Source: Ostreococcus lucimarinus (taxonomy: Eukaryota). Taken from it: a stretch of DNA of 64,000 nucleotides. Shown piece after piece: positions 9,923-20,321 of this stretch. Every line of letters starts with the position of its first letter. The first letter of the stretch is position 1. The DNA is taken from the NCBI GenBank assembly GCA_000092065.1, contig CP000590.1; one strand, 5' to 3'. The notes beneath the pieces were generated by a model, which made no database searches, had not been told where the DNA came from, and saw only the letters and a program-made list of their open reading frames with translations. A program made the position numbers and the translations under genes.

Positions 9923-12025
9923 CTAGTCGCTCCAATCGGAATCGTCAGAATCACCACCGAGGTGTGATCCAGACAGGTCTAATTGCGCGGCTATGGCGGA
10001 GTTGAGCTCGCCGAGACCTTTGTTCGGTGGCGGTGGCGGTGGCGGTTTCTTTGGCGGCGAAATCGAGCGCGGCGGCGGCGGCGGCTTGGGCGGTTTGCCG
10101 ACGCTCGGGGGTGGCGACGGAGGAATGTTACGCGAGGATGGCGGCGGTGGTGGCGTTGGCGCTGGAGGGGGTGTTGTACCGCGCGAGGGCGTCGGCGAAG
10201 TCTCCGAATCAGAGATCACCGAGGACGTCGCGGATGTGAAATCGCTCGCGCTCGCTTGTTTCTTGCGAAGAGAAACGCCAGCTTGGATCGACGCCATGAG
10301 CATAGCGTGCGGATCGTTTGGATTCGGTGGATTTGGTGGTGATGGTGCAGCGTTCTCGTCCGGTGGCGCGTGCCCGCCAGGCGGTGGTGGAGGGGGAGGA
10401 GGTGGTGGAGGGGGAGGCGGAGGGGGAGCGCTCGGCGCGCTCGGCGCGCTCGCCTGCATCGAAGCAGGAGGCATCGCCACAGGGGCAGAACTTCCAGGGC
10501 GTGGAGGCACAGGACGTCCTTCTGCTAAGGCCTGGCGCGCCGTTGCTTTCCATTGTTTGTAAATAGCTCTCTCCTCCTTCGCCGCGCGGCGTCTCGCGCG
10601 ATCCGCCCGACGCTCCTCACGCTCGATGCGCGCACGTTCCATCGTCGTCAGCGGTCTCGATGGTGTTTCCGCCGCGAGTTCAGCGGCTTGCCACAGGGCA
10701 GTGTTTTCGCCGTTCGCGTTTGACGCAGGAGCGTCGCGATTAGAGGCATCGTCATCACGAAGTAACATGCCCCACATCTCTGCTTCCATCTTCGCCAAGT
10801 CCGCGCTCGCCCTGGCGAACGCTCGCAAGCCGCGCGTGAGCGCATTTCCTGACAACCGGTGAAATCTAGGAAGCTCGTCGCGCATGCGCTCGACTATCAT
10901 GTCGTATCGCTCCTTTGCCTCTTTCATCAAAGCCTCGGCGGCGAGACAATCCGGATCCACCGTGGCGAGCGCTCTGCCTTTTTGGCGAACCACCTCGTCA
11001 TACCGATCGCACGTGATTTCGTAGTGTAAGAGCGTTTCTGCACGATCTTCAAACGTCTCTCGCACCGCACCGAGCATCCGCAAGCAATCCTTGAACTCCC
11101 GCTTGAGCGCTTTCATGTGTTCAACGACTTGCAGCTCGTGCGCGTCCTCGCCAGTCAACGATTCTGCGCAATCTGCAAATGCACCGAGCACGGTTCCCAA
11201 CGACACGCACTTACTTCTACGCGCCAAAGGTCGACCCCAACCTGACTCACACTCTCCCATCGCGCGCGCGCTCTTTCCTAGTTCCAACAGCCTCGTCGCG
11301 TTCACACGCTGTTCCAACTGTTTCATGTACTCTCTCGCGCTCTCTCGAAAGCCCACAATCTGGTCCTCAATCTTCTTCGTGTACTCAATCACTTGCAAAT
11401 ATTGCGGGTCTTCATCCTTGAGCACGCTCGATATCGTCCGCGTGCTGCCGAACATCTGCCCGAACCACGAGGGATTCGCCGCGCTCGGGCTCGACGTTGA
11501 AGCGCCGCCGCCGACCGCCGCCCCTAACATCCGCCGCGCCATCGCATCGACGAACGCCCCTCGATCATTCTCCGTGAGAAACATCAACAGCGCTGTGGAG
11601 TTATACAGCATCGGGTGCTCGCCACATCGCGTCAAAAACTGCACGAGATGTTGCCTTCGCTTTTCGCACGCGTCGCCATCCAACGCCGTCGTCCGCGCGC
11701 GTTCGCCCTCCAATTCCGGCGCCTTCGGCAGCGGCGGGATCACCGCTCCCGGATACGACTCCCGCAATCGCGTTCGCAGCGTGACAAAGTCTCCGTACCG
11801 CCGCTGGACGTCGAACGTGGCGTGTCCATCGCGTAATTCACTTCGGCATTGCAAAATGTATTCTCTCGCCGTCGCGCGCGTTTTGACGCTGAACGCCACG
11901 TGCGCGTCTCGCGGATCGCTCGCGACGAGCGTAGGTGCGGTGAGTTGTATCTTCACCGCCCCGGGTTGTATCTTCTTGTCCCGGCGCGACGACGACGCGC
12001 GCGTGGACGCGACGGATGGCGCCAT
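9923..12025 (-). CDS. Sorting nexin with a PX domain and a BAR-like helical region, followed by a long proline-rich tract and a C-terminal WH2-like actin-binding motif.
   Basis: PX hallmarks RRYGDFVTLRTRL and PPLPKAP. A helical ~250-aa region follows the PX domain. There are poly-Pro runs (PPPPPPPPPPPPPPPP) and LMASIQAGVSLRKK (WH2 consensus LxxxIxxGxxLKK). The ATG at 12025 (MAPSVAST) is the likely start, and the ORF extends to 12091. Confidence 0.7.
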   Translation of the reverse strand: MAPSVASTRASSSRRDKKIQPGAVKIQLTAPTLVASDPRDAHVAFSVKTRATAREYILQCRSELRDGHATFDVQRRYGDFVTLRTRLRESYPGAVIPPLPKAPELEGERARTTALDGDACEKRRQHLVQFLTRCGEHPMLYNSTALLMFLTENDRGAFVDAMARRMLGAAVGGGASTSSPSAANPSWFGQMFGSTRTISSVLKDEDPQYLQVIEYTKKIEDQIVGFRESAREYMKQLEQRVNATRLLELGKSARAMGECESGWGRPLARRSKCVSLGTVLGAFADCAESLTGEDAHELQVVEHMKALKREFKDCLRMLGAVRETFEDRAETLLHYEITCDRYDEVVRQKGRALATVDPDCLAAEALMKEAKERYDMIVERMRDELPRFHRLSGNALTRGLRAFARASADLAKMEAEMWGMLLRDDDASNRDAPASNANGENTALWQAAELAAETPSRPLTTMERARIEREERRADRARRRAAKEERAIYKQWKATARQALAEGRPVPPRPGSSAPVAMPPASMQASAPSAPSAPPPPPPPPPPPPPPPPGGHAPPDENAAPSPPNPPNPNDPHAMLMASIQAGVSLRKKQASASDFTSATSSVISDSETSPTPSRGTTPPPAPTPPPPPSSRNIPPSPPPSVGKPPKPPPPPRSISPPKKPPPPPPPNKGLGELNSAIAAQLDLSGSHLGGDSDDSDWSD

Positions 12026-12114
12026 CGCGCGCGCGAATTTGAAGTCGGTTGCGCGCGGGGGCGGGCGCGGGGGCGTCTCCGCGAAACGCATTGATTTGAT
12101 TGCAGCTACGAGGG

Positions 12115-14070
12115 CTAGTTCCTCTTATTACTCAAGATCCCGGCGAAAGTCTCGTTGGGGATGTCTACGTTGCCTATGCGGCGCATGCGGCGCTTGCCTT
12201 CTTTTTGCTTTTCTAATAATTTCTTCTTGCGTGAAATGTCGCCGCCGTAACACTTGGCGGTGACGTTTTTACGCATCGCGGAGATGGTTTCGCGAGCGAT
12301 TACCTTACTGCCTAGCGCGGCTTGCAGAGCGACTTCGTAGAGCTGGCGCGGGAGAGCTTCCTTTAAGCGCGCGACGAGGTCGCGGCCGTGGCGCTGGGCT
12401 TTGCTGCGATGGACGAGCGTAGCCAAGGCGTCGACGACTGAGCCGTTGACAAGAACGTCCATGCGTACGATGTCACTCTTCGCCATCCCAGCGTCGTCGT
12501 AATCGAACGTCGCGTACCCACTCGAGCGAGATTTCAGCTCATCCGCAAAGTCGGCGGCGACTTCACCGAGTGGAAGCCTGTAGCGGAGAATCACTCGCGA
12601 ATCATCTAAAAAGTTTTGCTCGAGTTGCTCGCCGCGACGGTCCATGCACAATTCGACAACCTTCCCGACCACGTGCGGCTGGCAAATTATCGTGGCCTCG
12701 ACGAGAGGTTCTTCGATTTCCGTGCCTTTGGACGGGAAGCCACCCGATGGGATCGCGAGCGGTGATGTGCAATCGATATACGCTTCGTCGTTGGCGTGCT
12801 TGATGCGATACGGCACCGTCGGCGCGGTCGCGATGATTTCCGCGCCGAATTCCTCTTGTAGACGCTGGTGGAAAACATCGGCGTGCAGCAGACCGAGGAA
12901 TCCACACCGAAACCCCGCGCCGAGCGCGGTGCTGTTCTCCGTTTGCGCCGTCACGCTGGCATCATTCAAAGTCAGCTTACTCACCGCCGCTTTGAGCTTT
13001 TCAAAATCATCGGAATTCACCGGGTATAGTCCTTGAAAAACCATCGGTTTCGCCGGTCTAATCCCTGCGAGCGGTTCTACGGGTTCATTTTTCATGTGAA
13101 GCGTATCGCCAACTTTCGACGACCGCACGTCGCGGACGTTTGTGATCATGTAGCCGACTTGTCCGGCGTACATCGCGTCGGTCTTCGTCCGCTCGGGCGT
13201 CATCATCCCGAGCTCCAATACCTCGAAATGCTGACCACTGGCGCACGACGACACTTTATCCCCTTTTCTGATGACCCCATCCGCGACTTGCACGATGTTC
13301 ACCGCGCCTCGATAATCGTCGTAGTGGCAATCGAGCAACAACACGCGCAACGGCCCGTTTGGATCGCCAGACGGATGCGGCACGTGCTTCACCACAGCGC
13401 TCAAAACCTTCTCCGCATTGTGACCCGTCTTCCCAGAAACCTCTAAGACGTCTTCGCGTTCAACTCCGAATGCACGCTCCATCTGTTTCGCCACTCGCTC
13501 CACATCCGCGCTCGTCATATCCACCTTGTTCGCCGCTGGCACGATGGCCAAATTCCTATCGAGTGCTAAATAAAACGTAGCGATCGTCTGAGCCTCCACC
13601 CCTTGCGTCGCATCGACGAGCATGACCGCGCCATCGCACGCGCTCAACGATCTCGACACCTCAAAGCTAAAATCTGCGTGTCCAGGCGTGTCGATTAGGT
13701 TCAACAAGTACGCCTGTCCGTCGCTCGGCTCGCGGTGCAGGATGCTCACCGCCTGCGCCTTCACCGTGATCCCTCGTCGCCGTTCCACCGGCAGTGTGTC
13801 GAGGACTTGTTTATTGCTTCCATCTCGCTTTATCGCTCCAGTCAGTTCGAGCAATCGATCGGCCAGCGTGCTTTTGCCGTGGTCCACGTGCGCGATGATG
13901 CTAAAGTTTCTCGTGCGCTCGCGCGGAATCGCCGCGAGTTCGTCCGCGGTCGGCGGTCTCTCCTCCTTCAGCGCGTCTCGCGCGGACGCGTAAGACGCAC
14001 TCGTCGACGCGAACGCGCGCGCAGCGCACGAACGGACGATTCGGTCGACGAGGACTCGCCTGAGGGCCAT
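12115..14070 (-). CDS. GUF1: Translation factor GUF1/LepA (EF4), organelle-targeted.
   Basis: G1 [17 protein letters not shown]3 DTPGHADF, G4 NKVDM, and a LepA C-terminal domain. There is an N-terminal presequence ([14 protein letters not shown]). ATG verified at 14068-14070. Confidence 0.9.
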
Positions 14071-14225
14071 GGTGCGACCGCCCGAGAGTGCAGCCGCGTC
14101 GGCGCGCGACGGGACCGCGAGCGGCGAGGGCGCGCGGCGATCACGACGATAGGATTGTGGACGCATGAATTAATAACAATGGTTGAAATTGAGACGCGCG
14201 ACGGTCTAATGTGACGCGCGATGGT

Positions 14226-15563
14226 CTATTGCGCGCCGCCCATGCCCGAGACGTCTTGCGGGAACAAAGCCGCCAACTTCTCAAAGACGCCCATGATTTG
14301 CGGATCGTTTTGGTACTTGGTGATGTTCATCGGGTTCGTGGAGCAGTCCATGACGGCGGCCTGCACCTTGGGGTCTTGGAACGCTTGCGCCAACTCGGGG
14401 TCGGACATGATTTGCGTGAGCACGTCCTCCGGCTTCATGCCCATTTGCGCAAACTGCTCTTGCACTTCGGGAGAGTTGATGTCGGGCATGCTCATGCCGC
14501 CCGGAGCACCCATACCTCCAGCCTTCATTTGAAGCATGATTCCTTTCAATTGATCCTTGTACTGCGGGTTCGAGAGCAACATCTCGAACGTCTCCGGGTT
14601 GCGCATGAACTCGGGCAAGTACGGGTACATGAGCTTTTGCATCTCCGGATTGCGAATCATTTCTTGCATGTACTGCAAGTCCTCTTCGCTCACGTCATCC
14701 GTCGCAGCGCCCGCGGGGGCGGTGTCTTCGGCGTCGTCAAAGAACGGGTTGGACGACGGCGGCGCCGTCGTCGGCTCGACGACCGGGGTTTGTTGGTCGG
14801 CGAAACCGGCGAATTCAGACTTGACCGCCGGGCTCGGCTCCTCCGCCGTCGTCGGTTGCGTCGTAGTCGCGCTGCCTCGACCGGACGACGTCGGCGTCGC
14901 CGCGGTCGCCGGCTTCGGCGCCGCCGGCTTCGGCGGACTCGGCTTCACGTCCACCGGCGGCGTGGCGCTAGCGCCCGGAAACGGTGGAAACCCGCCCGCC
15001 GCGCCGGGCGTGCCCGGCGTGCCCGGCATGCCCGGCATGCCCGGCATCCCGCCCGGCATCCCGCCCGGCATCCCGCCCGGCATCCCGCCCCCGGCTTGAC
15101 TCGTGAACTGCTTCACCATCTGCTGCATCATCATCGACTGCATGTCTTGCTTCTTCGCCCCGAAAATCTTCCCGCCGACCGTCGCGAGCGCGACGCCCAA
15201 CCCGACCCACATCCACGCCGGCACGTCCGACCCCGACGACTTCTTCGCCACCGGCGGCGGCGGCGGCGCGTAATAATACTGCTGCGACCCCTGTCCCGTC
15301 GTCGGCGGGTACATCGTCGGCGGCATCGGCATCGGCATCGCCATCGACGCCGCGTTCGCGTCGCCGTTCGCTTCCGTCGCCAACCCCGCGTCCGCGTCCG
15401 CCTTCGCGTTCGCCCCATCGCGCCCGTTCGCCGCCGCGCGCGCGCCCATCGCCCCTCCGCGCCGTCCCCGCGTCGTCACCGATCGTCCCTCGCGTCTTCG
15501 CGCGCATCGCGCCGTCGGTCTCGTCGCCGTCGGTCTCGTCGCCGTCGCCGTCGTCGTCGCCAT
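14226..15563 (-). CDS. TIC40: Tic40-like chloroplast inner-envelope translocon protein (transit peptide, TM, Pro/Gly/Met-rich linker, C-terminal Sti1/Hip/Hop domain).
   Basis: The C-terminus SDPELAQAFQDPKVQAAVMDCSTNPMNITKYQNDPQIMGVFEKLAALFPQ closely parallels the Tic40/Hip DP domain. TM helix VPAWMWVGLGVALATVGG. Start chosen at ATG 15563 (MATTTATATRP), uncertain. Confidence 0.8.
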   Translation of the reverse strand: MATTTATATRPTATRPTARCARRREGRSVTTRGRRGGAMGARAAANGRDGANAKADADAGLATEANGDANAASMAMPMPMPPTMYPPTTGQGSQQYYYAPPPPPVAKKSSGSDVPAWMWVGLGVALATVGGKIFGAKKQDMQSMMMQQMVKQFTSQAGGGMPGGMPGGMPGGMPGMPGMPGTPGTPGAAGGFPPFPGASATPPVDVKPSPPKPAAPKPATAATPTSSGRGSATTTQPTTAEEPSPAVKSEFAGFADQQTPVVEPTTAPPSSNPFFDDAEDTAPAGAATDDVSEEDLQYMQEMIRNPEMQKLMYPYLPEFMRNPETFEMLLSNPQYKDQLKGIMLQMKAGGMGAPGGMSMPDINSPEVQEQFAQMGMKPEDVLTQIMSDPELAQAFQDPKVQAAVMDCSTNPMNITKYQNDPQIMGVFEKLAALFPQDVSGMGGAQ

Positions 15564-15754
15564 CGTCGTCCCGTATCGATGCGCGTTCGCGATCGATCGT
15601 CTCGCGTCGGTCGTCGGTCGTCGGTCGGCGGTCGGCGCGCGCGCGATCGATCGGTCGGCGGTCGCGTCGCGCGCGGCGCGTCGTCGTGTGCGGTCGCGTC
15701 GTCGGCGCGCGATCGATCGATCGATCGGATCGGGCGGATCCATCGATGGATGCG

Positions 15755-15915
15755 CCGCCGACGACGAAATCACACGCGCGCGGCGCCGACGACGAAATCA
15801 CAAATCACACGCGCGCGGCGCCGACGACGAAATCACACGCGCGCGGCGCCGACGACGAAATCACAAATCACACGCGCGCGGCGCCGACGACGAAATCACA
15901 CGCGCGCGGCGCCGA
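15755..15915. repeat. Imperfect tandem repeat (units of ~28/35 bp: cgacgacgaaatcac[aaatcac]acgcgcgcggcgc, about 5 copies) in the divergent intergenic region between Tic40 and PPEF. Adjacent (gatc)n and (gtcg)n microsatellites lie at 15600-15735.
   Basis: Seen directly in the sequence. It yields repeated peptide motifs in the spurious ORF 15686.., which I discounted. Confidence 0.85.
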
Positions 15916-16150
15916 CGACGCGAATCATCCATCGATCCGCCGACCGACGGACGGCCGGGGCGGCGACGCGACGCGCGCGCGCGACACGACGGCGCGCGCC
16001 GGGACGACGACGCGCGACGCGCGAACGCGCCGTCGCGCGACGACGCGCGAGAAACGCGAGAAACGCGAACGGGCGCGACGCGATTCGACCGCGACCGCTA
16101 AGGAAGGACGGGGCGAACGCGCGCGAATCGACGGCGACGCGACGACGACG

Positions 16151-18385
16151 ATGGCGCTGGAGACGCCGAGCTCGCTCGGGAACGATGATCGCGCGGCGAT
16201 GATGATTCAGGCGGCGTATCGGAGGCATCAGGCGCGGGCGGACGCGGGACGAAGGGCGAAGACGACGGCGCTGGAGACGCTGGAGGAACACGAGGAGGCG
16301 ATGATCAACGGGAGGCAGGCGTTGGTGGTGAGGATGAACGAGAGGCTCCGCGGTGGGCTGCGAGGGAAGCTGGCGAGAGGGTTGGCGCGGATGCGGATCG
16401 CGAGGGCGTTGGGGGGGAAGGGACGGGACGACGCGGAGGCGGAGGAGGAGGCGCCGCTGCCGTCGCTCGGGGCGGCGGCGTTGGAGGATATCATCGATTC
16501 GTTGAAGCGAGGGAACGTGTTTTCGTTGATTGATGCGATGGCGATTTTACAAGCGGCGACGGTGCGGTTCGCGGAGGAAGAGAGCGTGAATTACGTGAAC
16601 GCCGAGCCGGGTGGATCCGTCGTCGTCGTGGGCGATTTGCACGGACAGTTGCACGATTTGCTCTTCGTGCTGAAAGAGCGAGGGATGCCGTCGGATAAGG
16701 TGAAGTACGTGTTCAACGGAGACTTGGTGGATCGAGGTAATCACGGGTGCGAAATCGCGCTGTTGTTGTGCGCGCTGAAGCTCGCGTCGCCGCGGTGCGT
16801 GTTCATCAACCGCGGCAACCACGAAGAAGCGTTCATCAACATTTACAGCGGCTTCGAGGAGGAGTGTCTACAAAAGTACGATCATAAAGTATTCCAGATG
16901 TTCCAAAGTTGCTTCGATTGGTTACCGTACGCGTGCGTGGTGAATGAGTCCGTGTTTGTCATCCACGGCGGCCCGCCGTGCGACGAGGGGGCGACGGTGG
17001 ATGAAGTGCGAACTTTACCGCGAGGGGCGGAGAGCGCGCGCGTGTCGGTGGACAAAAGGCGCGTGGGATGGTACAAAGAACTTGTTTGGAGCGATCCGCA
17101 TCCCGAGGCTACGTTCATAGGCAGCGTGCCTTCGCATCGCGGCGCTGGTGTACTTTGGGGCAAAGACGTCTCGGAAAGATTTCTGCAGAAAAACAAATTA
17201 GAAGTCATCATCCGCTCCCATCAGTGCGTGGCCGGCGGTGTCGAGACGTGCCACGGCGGCAAGGTGTTTACGCTGTTCTCCGCGTCTAGATATTGCGGTA
17301 CTGGCGAGAATAAAGGGGCTATTTTATCACTCATGCACGGTGATAGAACGCCACAGCCGCAAAACGCGCTCGTTTGGAGCATTCCATCGGGCACTGGGTT
17401 GTTGGGCTACGAGCGCATCAAGTCCGAGCGCAAGGGCAAGGAAGCGGTGAACGACGCCGTGGCGCAGCAAGCGAGCGAGTACATTATTGAAAACAAGGCT
17501 GATTTATACCGCCACTGGTCCACTGTTTCGGCGAAACGGCGCGAGCATTCGTACTTAATCAACCTGTTCGAGTGGGCGGACGGGTTGTCCAAGGTGCTGA
17601 AGATCAAAATATTATGGTCCAAGGTGTTCGACAAGCTCGTGAAAACGGAACACATCGAAATGATGAACGGCAAACGCTATGTAAAGTGGAAAGAGTTTCT
17701 GGGTGAGTACACCGTAAAGCTCAGGGGTGGCTGCAAGGAGTGGCAAGACCACGTCGTTTCGCGCATTACGTCGGCGGTATTACAATCCGGAAACGATTTG
17801 TTGACGGCGTTCGACGAGATGGATGCGGACAAAAACGGTGTCATCAGCCAAAACGAATTCAACACCGCCTTGCGGCGAAGCATACCGTCGCTCGCGATTC
17901 TCTCGGACGCGCAACTCGCCGCGGTATGGAGCGCGTTTGACGTGGACAATTCGGGCACGGTAGATTTCGAAGAGTTTGGCGAGATGCTCTCGAATTCGAT
18001 GCAATCCAGGGAGCGAGAGGGAAAAGTCGGCGTTCGCTGGAGCACGCGCACGCCAGAAAAATCAAACGCCTCCGGCGACTCTGACGCCTCGAACGAGTCT
18101 CAATGGGAGCAAAACCTCAGCGAAGCGTTTGGTCGACTCTTCTATTCCCATCGTAAAGAGCTCTACCACGTTTGGCACTCCAACTTTGACCTCGATGAAT
18201 CAAAGTCGCTCGCCAAGGAGGATTTCGTCTCCATGCTCCGCGCGCTCGACGAATCCACCGGTAAGCATTTATTCGACGACGAAGCCCTCGCCAAGCTCGC
18301 TGATGGCATGGACATCAACGGCGACGGAAGGATCGATTTCCAAGAATTCTGTACAAACATCGGTCGAATGGCGAACGAGTATTAG
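16151..18385 (+). CDS. PPEF/RdgC-type Ser/Thr protein phosphatase with an IQ motif and C-terminal EF-hands.
   Basis: IQ motif IQAAYRRHQAR. PPP catalytic motifs GDLHGQ, GDLVDRG, GNHE. Three EF loops: DADKNGVISQNEF, DVDNSGTVDFEEF, DINGDGRIDFQEF. The ATG at 16151 (MALETPSS) follows ~450 nt of Arg-rich non-coding read-through. Confidence 0.85.
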   Translation: MALETPSSLGNDDRAAMMIQAAYRRHQARADAGRRAKTTALETLEEHEEAMINGRQALVVRMNERLRGGLRGKLARGLARMRIARALGGKGRDDAEAEEEAPLPSLGAAALEDIIDSLKRGNVFSLIDAMAILQAATVRFAEEESVNYVNAEPGGSVVVVGDLHGQLHDLLFVLKERGMPSDKVKYVFNGDLVDRGNHGCEIALLLCALKLASPRCVFINRGNHEEAFINIYSGFEEECLQKYDHKVFQMFQSCFDWLPYACVVNESVFVIHGGPPCDEGATVDEVRTLPRGAESARVSVDKRRVGWYKELVWSDPHPEATFIGSVPSHRGAGVLWGKDVSERFLQKNKLEVIIRSHQCVAGGVETCHGGKVFTLFSASRYCGTGENKGAILSLMHGDRTPQPQNALVWSIPSGTGLLGYERIKSERKGKEAVNDAVAQQASEYIIENKADLYRHWSTVSAKRREHSYLINLFEWADGLSKVLKIKILWSKVFDKLVKTEHIEMMNGKRYVKWKEFLGEYTVKLRGGCKEWQDHVVSRITSAVLQSGNDLLTAFDEMDADKNGVISQNEFNTALRRSIPSLAILSDAQLAAVWSAFDVDNSGTVDFEEFGEMLSNSMQSREREGKVGVRWSTRTPEKSNASGDSDASNESQWEQNLSEAFGRLFYSHRKELYHVWHSNFDLDESKSLAKEDFVSMLRALDESTGKHLFDDEALAKLADGMDINGDGRIDFQEFCTNIGRMANEY

Positions 18386-18485
18386 CGCTTCGTCTCTTTG
18401 TGTAACACCATTCCAACGCCTGCGCGCGAAACGCGAGCGCGTCGCGGCGGTCGCCGCCGCGCAGCGCTCCGAGCGTCACATCGCG

Positions 18486-19217
18486 ATGCGCGCCGTCGAC
18501 GCGCGCGCACCGCGCCGCCCCATCGCGCGCGTCTCGGCGTCGCCGCGCCGTCGCGCGTTCGCGCGCGCTTCGGGCCCGAGCGCGCTCGCCGGCACGGACT
18601 TGCCCGGCGGTGGACAAGAGTTGGTCGAATACGCCTCGGAGGGTAATCTGCGTCGTCTGAACGAGCTTCTCGACGGCGCGTACGCCGCGGACCCGCCGGA
18701 CGCGTCGTCGAAGGCGATACGAATCGCGCAGTTGCGCACGGCGGCGCAGCGCGCGATGGCGTGCGGGCAGGTGGAGACTCTGAAGCGCGTGCTCGAGTTC
18801 GGCGACGCGCGAGGCGTCGACTTTGGCTTTGGTTTGGGCAACGGAAGGCTCTGTGCGATCGAGGCGTGCGGACGAGGGCAAGACGACGTCGTGCGAGTAC
18901 TTTTTAAAGACGGCCGAGTGAGCACGGAGGTGGTGAATGGGTACGGGAGAACGGCGCTGCTCGAGGCCGCTCTGGAAAATAAACTCGAGTGCGTTCGCGC
19001 GTGCCTGGAGGCGGGCGCGAACGTTGATTTCACGACGAAGATGCAGGGGAACACAGCCGCGCATCTCGCAGCGCAGAGTGGACACGTCGAGGTGTTGAAT
19101 CTGCTTCGCGACGCGGGCGCGAGGATGGATATCGAGCGCTTCGGCGACTTGAAGACGGCGCTGCAGTTGCATCGAGAGGCGATCGCGAGAACGATGAAGA
19201 CGATGCTCGACAGATGA
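18486..19217 (+). CDS. Small ankyrin-repeat protein (~243 aa).
   Basis: C-terminal ankyrin repeats (GRTALLEAALENKLECVRACLEAGANVDF.. and GNTAAHLAAQSGHVEVLNLLRDAGA). The ORF track entry 17976.. overlaps the PPEF 3' end in another frame. I trimmed it to the first ATG after the PPEF stop (18486, MRAVDARAP). Confidence 0.5.
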   Translation: MRAVDARAPRRPIARVSASPRRRAFARASGPSALAGTDLPGGGQELVEYASEGNLRRLNELLDGAYAADPPDASSKAIRIAQLRTAAQRAMACGQVETLKRVLEFGDARGVDFGFGLGNGRLCAIEACGRGQDDVVRVLFKDGRVSTEVVNGYGRTALLEAALENKLECVRACLEAGANVDFTTKMQGNTAAHLAAQSGHVEVLNLLRDAGARMDIERFGDLKTALQLHREAIARTMKTMLDR

Positions 19218-19304
19218 CATCAGTAGCAACTATATATTCTTTTATTCTATGTACAACAGTCGCCGCTAGTTGTGCGCTCTCTCTCTGTTCGTCTAAATGC
19301 CGTC

Positions 19305-20029
19305 TTAAATCCCGCCCCCCGAGCCGAAATCGATGAGACCCAAATAATCATCCTTAATCGTCGCGATGCAGAAAATGTCGTTCGCGTCGATGCGCATGCC
19401 GACGATGCGCACTCGCACGGATGCGTCGCGTTGGATTCTAATCTGCTGGTCGTCGCTCACGTAACAATTTTCCCCCGAGCTATCAAACTGCATGTCCTCC
19501 GTGATGAGCGCGTTCGACACGAACAACTGCAGCGGCCCAGCCTCGGCGAAGAATCCAAACTTATTCACCTGCGTCACAACCGCGTCCATGACCTCGCCCT
19601 TGAACGGGCGAAACACGACACAATCGTACTTGATGTGAAACTTCGCTCGCGCCGTGCCGTCGTCCGTCACCACGCCTTCGCTCACCTCCGCCAGCCGCGT
19701 GACCATGACGATGAACCCATACCTTCCCGAGCACGTGCCCTCGACCTGCGATCGTTCAAGCGACCATCACTCGCGTCAGTCACCTCTTTCACGCCTTCTA
19801 TCCTTTCGCCGCGCGTCGCGCGCGCGCCTTCTATCCTTCGTTGTCCGCGGCCGTCTTAGGGTTCACCCGCGCGCCAGACGTCCTCGACGCCGCCGCGCCT
19901 CTCCCTCGCTTCGCTCGAGCGCCGCCGCACCTCGTGTCGCAGTTTCTCCTCCAGCACCGCCTTCATCCTCGCCCCGAAGTGTCGCGGTTCGAGCGTGATG
20001 TTACGCTCGAGGTTGACGTGAAAGAACAT
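19305..20029 (-). CDS. RPB7: RNA polymerase II subunit RPB7 as two exons: exon 1 19931..20029 (MFFHVNLERNITLEPRHFGARMKAVLEEKLRHE), a 185-nt intron 19746..19930 (donor GTGCGG, branch ACTGAC, acceptor CAG), and exon 2 19305..19745 (VEGTCSGRYGFIV...KFGFFAEAG...DIFCIATIKDDYLGLIDF).
   Basis: Both parts align colinearly with eukaryotic RPB7 (MFFH.., KLFTEVEGTCTGKYGFV.., [21 protein letters not shown].., DIFAIGSLMDDYLGL). The exon phases are compatible (0/0). The ORF track shows only the two fragments, 19856..20191 and 19305..19706. Confidence 0.85.
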
Positions 20030-20321
20030 GACGATCGGCGATCGATGATCTCGCGACGACGACGACGACGCGCGCGCGAATCGCGGCTCGTTTCGACGCT
20101 TGGACGGTGCGACGCGCGCGTCAACGCGCGGTGTATGACTTCGCGAGCGTGCGGTCGACGATCTCGCCGGCGGGCGCGAAGTGACGATCACGATGTGAGC
20201 GGGCGCATTCTGAATCTACTCGCGCCGTGAGTCGAGAATCAAGACGCCGCGCGACGCGTGAGACTCGAGAGGACGGATCGCGGCGTGCGTTTACATTACG
20301 AATATTACATGACGAATGAGG

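Noticed and set aside
15755-15915. Tandem repeats considered as a possible CRISPR-like array
   Set aside because: Eukaryotic nuclear context. The units are imperfect minisatellite copies without unique spacers and no cas genes are present.
14211-16202. 663-aa plus-strand ORF full of RRRR runs, antisense to Tic40 and running through the tandem repeat
   Set aside because: Antisense/GC artefact. The repeated peptide units simply mirror the DNA tandem repeat.
17976-18485. 5' part of ORF 17976..19217 overlapping the PPEF 3' end in another frame
   Set aside because: Overlap with the conserved PPEF EF-hand region. Only the portion after the PPEF stop (ATG 18486) is kept as the ankyrin protein.
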